A stretch of DNA of 10,838 nt. Source: Chlamydiota bacterium. Lineage in GTDB: Bacteria; Chlamydiota; Chlamydiia; Chlamydiales; SM23-39. Below the pieces are notes generated by a model. The model made no database searches. It worked only from the letters and a program-made list of their open reading frames with translations, and had not been told where the DNA came from. Position numbers and translations under genes: made by a program. Positions 1-6,345 of the stretch are shown here, piece by piece; the first letter of the stretch is position 1; the number at the start of each line of letters is the position of its first letter. The stretch lies in contig JBCAXK010000049.1 of the NCBI GenBank assembly GCA_038534095.1, positions 1 through 10,838 of the forward strand. The letters run 5' to 3'.

Positions 1-222
1 GAATTTTTCAAACGCCTAACAATAGGCAAAAGCGTTCATAGAAAGGAGCATTTGGATCAAATACATGGATTTGGGGAAAACTTTCATCTACGCCAAAAGG
101 GGCATTGCAGTTAGGAGCGACCCCTCTTGAGCAAGACTCTCGGTTTGTAACAGTGATCGTACAACGCTCCTTTTTCTACTGATCAAGGTTCTTTGCTACT
201 GCAAAACCGGTAGATCATTTCA

Positions 223-1143
223 TCAAGCTGCTTTTCGGCTTTGTTCTTCTTCAGCTAGTTTTTCTACGTGTCTAATCGTTTCTTCGAGTTCTTCATATAA
301 AGAGAGAAACTCTTCCTCATAATACTGGGTAAGAATGCTGAGCTTATCTCGCTGTTTTTTGTACTCGAGGAGAGCCTGTTCAAGGTCCCCCGAAGAAAAC
401 GACGTGTCGGCAAGAACTTGCAGAACGTCGACTTCTTTTTCTAGCTGATGTTTCCTCTCAGTGATTTTTTCTGGCCAGATATGGATGGCACGCTCCAAAA
501 AAGCTAGAGAAGATTCATAGCTCTCTATGATATGATGTACTTCTTGCAAATAATTTTGTGCGAGAAGAGGCGCCTCTTCTAAAAGGCTTTTCCCCTCCAT
601 CATGAGCGTTCTTGCTTTGAGGTAATGCTCCTTACTCTCTTGTAAAAGCGCCAAACACTTTTCTTGCTCAAAAGGCTCTGCAGGAAGCGTCTCTGCGCAT
701 CCTTTGCCTAAGGCAGCCTCTTCTATGCTTTTCTTGCAAAGGGGCTCCGCTTTAGAAAAGGCTTTTTTAAAAAGGAACTGATCGATGGCTTGCTCAAGAT
801 CCTCGATGGTTTTGATCATGTAGGGACGCTCGCTTTCACACCGTTTTTTCATCCGGACGCGCCAAGACTTTTTCCGCCTCCACCAAGACTTCAAAGAAAA
901 ATCGTGTAAAATAGCATCTACCAGCTCCAAAGATTCATAGCAGTAGGCAAGAGCTTGTTGTAAACAGTGGAGCTTTTCTTCCTCCTCTTCTTCAGGGAGC
1001 CTATGGTACTCTTTGACCATAGCACGATGGTTTGCCCAAGCCTCGTTCGACCTTGCTCGCACTTCCCGACAAGCGGTTTCATCTAATGCAAATACTTGGA
1101 AAGCGCACAAAAGGGCGCAGAAAAAAATCCACTTTTTTTTCAT
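223..1143 (-). CDS. Hypothetical secreted/periplasmic alpha-helical (TPR-like/coiled-coil) protein, 306 aa
   Basis: Long ORF with a GGAGG RBS at 1153-1149. It has a Sec-type signal peptide (MKKKWIFFCALLCAFQVFA-LDE) and an E/K/L/A-rich helical body with repeated 'A..Y..A..L' patterns. No family recognised. Confidence 0.85.
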   Translation of the reverse strand: MKKKWIFFCALLCAFQVFALDETACREVRARSNEAWANHRAMVKEYHRLPEEEEEEKLHCLQQALAYCYESLELVDAILHDFSLKSWWRRKKSWRVRMKKRCESERPYMIKTIEDLEQAIDQFLFKKAFSKAEPLCKKSIEEAALGKGCAETLPAEPFEQEKCLALLQESKEHYLKARTLMMEGKSLLEEAPLLAQNYLQEVHHIIESYESSLAFLERAIHIWPEKITERKHQLEKEVDVLQVLADTSFSSGDLEQALLEYKKQRDKLSILTQYYEEEFLSLYEELEETIRHVEKLAEEEQSRKAA

Positions 1144-1253
1144 AGAATCCTCCTAAAGCATGAGCATTCTATCAAAGCTGTTTTTAGGATCCAGCTATTT
1201 TTCTTTCCTAGATACGCTTGGCGATATTACTGATGAGCAGAGAATGTACTTAT

Positions 1254-2291
1254 TCAAAATCCAAAGAGAAGACGAATCGTCAGCCCTTGGGATCCATAAT
1301 GATTCCTATAGTACTCGATGGGGGCGTCTGATCCTGCTTGCAACCTTTGAAAGTAAAGCAAATCGGGCCATAAAGACATTTCGTAGGCGATGCCAAGAGA
1401 TGTGTACCTGTCGTAACAGGGACTCTCATAAGCAAAACTTGTTCCTAAAGAGAGAAAAAACGCACTTTGCACCCCAAGTTCACGAATAGCGTTCGATCGA
1501 GAAGTCCCTGAAATCTCACCCACTATGTCATTTGTTAATTGAAAAGAGCTATTACTGCGAAAGGTATTTCTAGAGACAAGTAGAGAAAAAGCAGTTTTTG
1601 TGAAAAACTTCCACCATTTACTCGCTGCGTAATCGGAATAGAATCCCCCCCGAAGACCGATTCCTCGAAAGTTGCTTGTCAGGCGCACGCGATTTTCTAT
1701 TGTGGCGTTTATGTTCAAATCTACCGACCGGTAGGTAGGATATAGGTCGTTTTTGATGAGCGCAGCGCCAAGACCAATGAAAGGGCGGAAGACAAAATGC
1801 TTCTCATACAAATCGTAGATGAGATCAGCATCAAGAGTGTTGAAATTGCTATTTTGCTCTGTAGTATTTTGAATGCTCTTATCTGAGAAAAGAATGATCC
1901 GTAAAGTATCCCAAATCCCCTGAAACCGGACGTCTGGATCTTCTATCACAAAGGTTTGCTCATCTTTTGCAACAAGGCGGGTATATTCTATGCCTACATT
2001 CCAGTAGGAAATGGGCATGTTCCAATCGAACCCTACCCGGAATCCTGGATGAAAACTCGGACGCACTTTTTGAATTTTTTCTGCTGAGGGAATCGCAACG
2101 TCCACTTCTGGCAAAACCGTTTCTGTGTACTCCAATCCTGTAGGAACGGGGGCGTAAGGTTTCCAGTATAGGACATCTACATAACCGTTCCCCGTTTTTT
2201 TATTTGGAAATACGTAAGGGATATTTTCGAGAGGATCAGAGGCGCATAGAGGTAGAAAAAAGAAAAAAAACGTCACAAAAACAAGGCGCAT
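1254..2291 (-). CDS. Lpg1974/Legionella-OMP (MOMP-like) family beta-barrel outer membrane porin, 345 aa
   Basis: Signal peptide (MRLVFVTFFFFFLPLCA). Family-typical motifs are DVLYWKP, PGFRVG, WNVGIEYT, FRPFIGL, SNFRGIGLRGG and YEMSLW. The C-terminal beta-signal QGLTIRLLFGF ends in Phe. Confidence 0.88.
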   Translation of the reverse strand: MRLVFVTFFFFFLPLCASDPLENIPYVFPNKKTGNGYVDVLYWKPYAPVPTGLEYTETVLPEVDVAIPSAEKIQKVRPSFHPGFRVGFDWNMPISYWNVGIEYTRLVAKDEQTFVIEDPDVRFQGIWDTLRIILFSDKSIQNTTEQNSNFNTLDADLIYDLYEKHFVFRPFIGLGAALIKNDLYPTYRSVDLNINATIENRVRLTSNFRGIGLRGGFYSDYAASKWWKFFTKTAFSLLVSRNTFRSNSSFQLTNDIVGEISGTSRSNAIRELGVQSAFFLSLGTSFAYESPCYDRYTSLGIAYEMSLWPDLLYFQRLQAGSDAPIEYYRNHYGSQGLTIRLLFGF

Positions 2292-2310
2292 TAGAATTCC
2301 TACGTTGCAT

Positions 2311-2345
2311 AAGACTTTTTTATTGTTATGTGAGAAGACTTTTTT
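2311..2345. repeat. 11-bp direct repeat AAGACTTTTTT x2 bracketing the porin -10 box
   Basis: Exact copies at 2311-2321 and 2335-2345 (24-bp period), with a degenerate copy AAGACTCTTCT at 2432-2442. Confidence 0.6.
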
Positions 2346-2350
2346 GTCAA
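2322..2350 (-). promoter_or_regulatory. Putative sigma70/sigma66 promoter of the porin gene
   Basis: Minus strand reads TTGACA (2350-2345), a 17-nt spacer, then AACAAT (2327-2322), about 30 nt upstream of the ATG at 2291. Confidence 0.55.
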
Positions 2351-2471
2351 AATCCGTCTCGGAGAACCATCAGAAAATTGGGCATAATATCTGGCACAAT
2401 CTTTTCCTAGGCAAGAGTTTTGCTCAAGAAAAAGACTCTTCTTTGGGGAAAAGCGGAGAGTGATAAAGGAG

Positions 2472-3881
2472 TTATAAAGAGCGTTTTTGTACCGAAGCTT
2501 TTTGTCTTTTTCTATAACGGCAAAAAAGGAGCGCTGGAGCGGCAAAGAGAAGATTGCCCCCTAAGATCAGTAGCGCGTAATACCCTTGACCAATCGCAAT
2601 ATGCTCTGGAGGGAAAAACCCGACAAAAATGGTGAGTAAAGAGCTAAAGATCCCTAAACCAGACACGATGAAGATTCCCACTTGCTTCCCTGGAATATTG
2701 AAGGCATACGCCTTTCCCCTATGTTTTGTATACAAGCGGATAGCGCTTGCAAAGAGAAGAAGGTACATCACCATATAAAGATCGGTGCTCAGGGCTGTTA
2801 AAAACCAGTAGAACGCGTTGACGCCAGGAACAAGATAAAACACTGCGCAAAGTAGGCTCACAATCACCGCTTGTAAAAAGAGGATGTTTTGCGCAACGCC
2901 ATAACGATTGAGACGTAAAAATCGACGAGGCAGAAATCCACATTCTGCTGCGTGCAACAGTCCTTTGGCAGGAGAAATGAGCCAGTTGATGATCGACCCA
3001 AAACTCCCAATCAAAATGAGAACAGCCAGCATCCTTGTCCAGGCAGGGATGGAAAATGCGGCAAAAAAATCGGAAAAAACCTGCATGATCCCAGAGACGA
3101 GATTGATCTCTTGTACAGGGACAACAATCCCAATCGAAAGAGCGCCAAGTAGCATAGTAGCGATCAAAAAAACCGAAGCGTACGCCATCGCCTTCGGAAA
3201 GTTTTTTTGAGGATCGGCAATATCGTTTGCATGCACACCTGCAAGTTCCACCCCCAAAAAAGAGGCCATGATCACCGTTAAAGAGATCCAGTTCTCGAGT
3301 GAAGAGAGGGTAGGAACAATCGTTTGATAGGAAAACGTGATCTGCATTGTTTTCCCAGAAGCCCACCAGAGAATCCCTAAACAAATCAGCAATAGCATCG
3401 GGATGATCGTACCGATAAGAGCGCAGAAACTATTGATTTTTGTGGAAGTTCGAATACCGAACAAGTTGATGAGAGTAAGAAGCCAAAAAATCCCAAGGAT
3501 CACGAGAATTAAATACGTTTTATTCTCGGCTAACTCTGGTTGAATAAGATAAGCCAAGGTACCTGCCATGAACGATAAAATCGTAGGATACCAGACCATC
3601 GTATTGATCCACTGTAGCCAGATGCCAAACATCCCTGCGCTATCACCAAACGCCTCAGCAATCCAGTGGTAGACGCCTCCCTTCCCCTTCACCCAAGAGG
3701 AAAGCTGCGCAGAGACAAGCGCCACAGGCACCAAAAACGTGGCTGCAGAAAACAGAAAAAAAAAGATGAGCGAGGGACCAAAAATCGCGGCCGACGGCAA
3801 ATTTCTAATACTATCGATCGCAGAAACAACCAATAGAACCAGTAAAAAAAGAGAGATTTTTTGTGTTTTAGATTTGATCAT
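2472..3881 (-). CDS. APC-superfamily amino acid permease/antiporter (GadC/XasA-like), about 469 aa
   Basis: About 12 hydrophobic segments. Motifs SAIDSIRNLP, GGVYHWI..AFG, WLQWINTMVWYP, SFLGVE and PQKNFPKA. The ATG at 3881 is preferred over the TTG at 3887. Substrate cannot be determined. Confidence 0.93.
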   Translation of the reverse strand: MIKSKTQKISLFLLVLLVVSAIDSIRNLPSAAIFGPSLIFFFLFSAATFLVPVALVSAQLSSWVKGKGGVYHWIAEAFGDSAGMFGIWLQWINTMVWYPTILSFMAGTLAYLIQPELAENKTYLILVILGIFWLLTLINLFGIRTSTKINSFCALIGTIIPMLLLICLGILWWASGKTMQITFSYQTIVPTLSSLENWISLTVIMASFLGVELAGVHANDIADPQKNFPKAMAYASVFLIATMLLGALSIGIVVPVQEINLVSGIMQVFSDFFAAFSIPAWTRMLAVLILIGSFGSIINWLISPAKGLLHAAECGFLPRRFLRLNRYGVAQNILFLQAVIVSLLCAVFYLVPGVNAFYWFLTALSTDLYMVMYLLLFASAIRLYTKHRGKAYAFNIPGKQVGIFIVSGLGIFSSLLTIFVGFFPPEHIAIGQGYYALLILGGNLLFAAPALLFCRYRKRQKASVQKRSL

Positions 3882-3890
3882 ACCCAAATT

Positions 3891-3919
3891 AGGCTAACAA
3901 ACACCTTCTTCAAAAGCAA
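3891..3919 (-). promoter_or_regulatory. Possible promoter of the APC permease (very short leader)
   Basis: Minus strand reads TTGCTT (3919-3914), 17 nt, then TAGCCT (3896-3891) preceded by TGn. It lies only 9 nt from the ATG, and there is no obvious RBS. Confidence 0.3.
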
Positions 3920-4015
3920 TCTTTTTCAAAAGTGCTTGTAAATAGGCAGGGAATCTTGAGTTCCTCTTCATTCCAGCGCTTTGTAGACAGTTCTCAAGTT
4001 CGACTCTCCCTAAGA

Positions 4016-4187
4016 TGTTTGTTCCCAGAGTTTGGTGGCGTGTACTCATCTTAAATTTTTCCGGCTGTTTGGTCCAGAATTGCATCATACGGAGTGAATT
4101 CTTCAAGGGTTTTCAATCGCTTAGCAAAGCTATAAGCATTGATAAAGTTGTAGAGATCTTGTTTAGCTGATCATGAGAGTACTCATA
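4016..4187 (-). mobile_element. Degenerate IS481-family element: 3' end of transposase plus right terminus
   Basis: Across two frameshifts the minus strand reads YEYSHDQLN/DLYNFINAYSFAKRLKTLEEFTPYD/QFWTKQPEKFKMSTRHQTLGTNI. This matches the IS481 C-terminal pattern (Y.SHDQL..HL..F..AYNFARRLKTL.GLTPYE....W...P.RF.....HQ..GLN). It ends in ...GGGAACAAACA at 4016, and IS481 ends are TGT...ACA. Confidence 0.85.
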
Positions 4188-4191
4188 TTAG

Positions 4192-4903
4192 GGTTTGACT
4201 GCCTCTTTGATCATCATCAAAATGTTGACCTACATCCTTGCCTCTGCGTATAGGCAGAAGATTTTTGCAACAAATTCGGAAAAACAGGCGGATAGAGCGA
4301 TCATTTCCTCTGCCTTTTTCGTCTCGCTTTTCTATACTTGCAGCATTTTTTCTTTTATCTGTTTACAACAGAAGGGTTTTGCGCCCCGTTCTATCGAAAC
4401 CGTTTTCCCTGAGGTCTTACTAACTATATTTCCCGCAGGATTTTGCGCGGATAGGCTTTGCTTTTCTTTTGATCCTTTCTGCGATGACGCTGAGCGGTTT
4501 TTGGAGCGCAATGCGATCGATCTGGTTACGAGATTTTTTAAATACCGGATGCACCTCCTCCCTGCAAGGGATTTACTCTGTAGGCGCTTTTGCTCTTATC
4601 TCTCTTCTTGGCGCCAATCTTTTTCATCAATCGGTCTTGGAACAGATGATTCTTGCCAACGTCCCTAGTTCCACATTAGCGTAAAGATTACTCGCCGCTT
4701 TTTATCAAAAAAGCCCCCAAAAACTTTCTGCTTACAGCAGCATTTTTGTGGGGCTCTCATCTAGCTTGTACGGCTACTACTTAGATGCAAACAACTACAT
4801 TTTTTACTGGGCTTTTTACGCCCTACCTACAAGTTTTTTCACAGGATATGTTCTGCACTTGTTTCACAAAACTAGGCAACCGTTGCGATCTCATGAAATT
4901 TAA
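4192..4903 (+). pseudogene. Sodium:solute symporter (SSS) family pseudogene, C-terminal half only
   Basis: Frame 1 gives ..TYILASAYRQKIFATNSEKQADRA...ETVFPEVLLTIFPAGF. After a frameshift near 4440-4450, frame 2 gives ARIGFAFLLILSAMTLSGFWSAMRSIWLRDFL...MILANVPSSTLA. An in-frame TAA at 4682-4684 is followed by RLLAAFYQKSPQKLSAYSSIFVGL...FYWAFYALPTSFFTGYVLHLF..., ending at TAA 4901-4903. This matches the SSS motifs Q+.FAA.S.K.A and P.G..G....LL.....T.S...A........D. Confidence 0.75.
4707..4755 (-). terminator. Possible intrinsic terminator for the 4900-5940 gene
   Basis: Nested inverted repeat AGCCCC-CAAAAA..CTGCT-tac-AGCAG..TTTTTG-t-GGGGCT (4712-4755). On the minus strand it is followed by a T run, about 145 nt after the stop at 4900. 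Confidence 0.35.
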
Positions 4904-5940
4904 CCGTTACCCTCTTCCTTTTGTTTCCTTTTTTCGAGAGCGTCTATTAGAGCGTCTGTTGCAGTGCTTTGAGGACCGGGCATAGAAGGCATTGATGTTG
5001 TTCCATATCTTGGAGAGGGCTCAGGAGAAGCCTCTTCATTGGTTACGCGTTCCTTAGAAGATAGTGTTTTACTCTGCTTACACTCTTCTGAAGCCTGCGT
5101 GATTTTTCGAGTAGTACTTCCGCTATTCGCTTTTTCTGTTTTACTTTCGAAAATCTTGCTGTTTGTATTGCGAGGTGGCGGTATTTTTTTTCTGTTTCTC
5201 CACAAGAATCTGCCGAAAAAAGCTTTAATTTTCTTCCAGGTCGATGTCCCTTTTTTTTGTGGATAAAGAGGCTGAGAGCTCGGAGGCAAGCCTCCCCCTT
5301 GGCTACTTACACGTATTTCCTTCAGAACAACTTTCACGACAGAATTTGTAATACGTTCCTGAATTTTACTGTGTGAAGTGAAAACGCTCCCTGCACTTGA
5401 AATGGTACCCAAGCGATGAAGAGGGGGGCGCTTTTCTTCCTCTTCGCTGCAACCTTTCGAGGTACCGTGTTCAGGAGAGGTTCCTTTTTCTTCGTTTACG
5501 ACGTCCGCAAGTGACATAACCGGCAGCTTCTTTAAACTTGCGCCCACAATAGTTGCTAAAGAAGAAGTTATAGAGTCTTGCTCATCTTTATCTTTAGTTT
5601 CATCTTTAGTTTTATCTGACCCCGAATTTTTACGAAGAACGGCGTCTGACCTAACAGATGGCTCCATTAACAAATTATTATTTACTTCTAAAATACGTTG
5701 CGCTACGATGCCTTGGTTTTGTCTAAAGTAATTCCACGTATCTTGAGCAATTTGGCGATTTGATGGGTCTTTTTCTAGGGATGAAGATGATACGTCTTTT
5801 TCTAGCGATGAAGATAATTTTTCCATCACCTCTAGTAGATACTGATTCGGTTGACCGTCGGGTCCCATGTTCATTTCTTTTACAACCTTGTCGGCTTTTG
5901 GTAAAATTGTAAGTCCACTCATATTCAGTCCTGCTACCAC
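4900..5940 (-). CDS. Orphan low-complexity S/T/K/E/P-rich protein, candidate secreted effector, about 346 aa
   Basis: Long ORF with a disordered composition and internal repeats. The start is re-assigned to GTG at 5940 because GGAGG (5950-5946) sits 5 nt upstream and the ORF-track TTG at 5997 coincides with a -35 box. An alternative start is ATG at 5922. Its stop overlaps the convergent SSS stop (TTAA 4900-4903). Confidence 0.78.
   Translation of the reverse strand: MVAGLNMSGLTILPKADKVVKEMNMGPDGQPNQYLLEVMEKLSSSLEKDVSSSSLEKDPSNRQIAQDTWNYFRQNQGIVAQRILEVNNNLLMEPSVRSDAVLRKNSGSDKTKDETKDKDEQDSITSSLATIVGASLKKLPVMSLADVVNEEKGTSPEHGTSKGCSEEEEKRPPLHRLGTISSAGSVFTSHSKIQERITNSVVKVVLKEIRVSSQGGGLPPSSQPLYPQKKGTSTWKKIKAFFGRFLWRNRKKIPPPRNTNSKIFESKTEKANSGSTTRKITQASEECKQSKTLSSKERVTNEEASPEPSPRYGTTSMPSMPGPQSTATDALIDALEKRKQKEEGNG
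5767..5815. repeat. 27-bp-period tandem duplication encoding SSSLEKD x2
   Basis: GTCTTTTTCTAGGGATGAAGAT (5767-5788) and GTCTTTTTCTAGCGATGAAGAT (5794-5815) differ by 1 of 22 nt. A second repeat with a 12-bp period (ATCTTTAGTTT, about 5590-5612) encodes KTKDETKD. Confidence 0.9.
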
Positions 5941-5968
5941 TAACACCTCCAAAATAAAAATTTCCAAA

Positions 5969-5997
5969 ATTCTATAAATAAAAAAAATTTTTTTCAA
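5969..5997 (-). promoter_or_regulatory. Sigma70/sigma66 promoter of the 4900-5940 gene
   Basis: Minus strand reads TTGAAA (5997-5992), a 17-nt AT-only spacer, then TAGAAT (5974-5969). Confidence 0.7.
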
Positions 5998-6086
5998 TCA
6001 ATAATTCAAATAAATTTTGTAATTTTTTGTCTGTTTGACTGTGAAAACATGGGCCGTTTTCCTCTTGTTTGCTCCCTACAAAATAT

Positions 6087-6120
6087 ATTCCTAAAAAAGA
6101 CACTGTTTTTTGCTAGGAAT
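6087..6120. repeat. Imperfect 34-bp palindrome in the divergent intergenic region
   Basis: ATTCCTA-AAAAAGACA-C-TGTTTTTT-GC-TAGGAAT. The outer 7-bp arms are perfect. Confidence 0.6.
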
Positions 6121-6207
6121 GCTTAAGCTATCAACCTAAAGGTGAAACTCTTTTGTTTTTGGATAAGGCCTCTTTACCAAAGTAAAAATAAAGACAGGCT
6201 CTCTGTT

Positions 6208-6233
6208 TTAAGACTACTGAAATCAAGTCTTAA
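6208..6233. repeat. Operator-like inverted repeat TTAAGACT-N10-AGTCTTAA
   Basis: Perfect 8-bp arms at 6208-6215 and 6226-6233, about 45 nt upstream of the -35 box at 6278. Confidence 0.6.
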
Positions 6234-6277
6234 TAGGACCTTGAGCGCGATTTCATCGCTTGGATGAAAAAAACTTT

Positions 6278-6306
6278 TTGTAAAAAGGTCAAAAAATTTT
6301 TACTAT
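6278..6306 (+). promoter_or_regulatory. Sigma70/sigma66 promoter of the 6346-8157 gene
   Basis: TTGTAA (6278-6283), a 17-nt spacer, then TACTAT (6301-6306). Confidence 0.65.
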
Positions 6307-6345
6307 TTTTTGCATTCATTGTTTACAGGGTCACGCAGAGTCACT

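Noticed and set aside
1..222. Possible gene end, pseudogene or short signal-peptide-like ORF (minus strand MKVFPKSMYLIQMLLSMNAFAYC*)
   Set aside because: All six frames are interrupted by stops and no family motif was recognised, so no call can be supported.
1160..3543. Small overlapping ORFs (1160-1489, 2204-2410, 2300-2545, 2420-2635, 2719-3384, 2908-3210, 2952-3152, 3337-3543)
   Set aside because: They are antisense or alternate-frame shadows of the porin and APC genes, with no RBS or recognisable motifs.
3894..4106. 70-aa minus-strand ORF as a real gene
   Set aside because: Its N-terminal half is the frameshifted IS481 tail, and the rest is read-through across the IS end into the APC upstream region.
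4238..4903. Stop-codon recoding: frame 2 has TAA at 4421 and 4682 flanked by open sequence
   Set aside because: TAA terminates normal genes in this window (porin, APC, methyltransferase). The SSS-like motifs upstream of about 4445 are in frame 1, so frameshift plus nonsense decay explains the pattern.
4195..4985. ORFs 4195-4668, 4238-4423, 4469-4684 and 4785-4985 as separate genes
   Set aside because: They are fragments or off-frame shadows of the single SSS pseudogene and the convergent 4900 gene.
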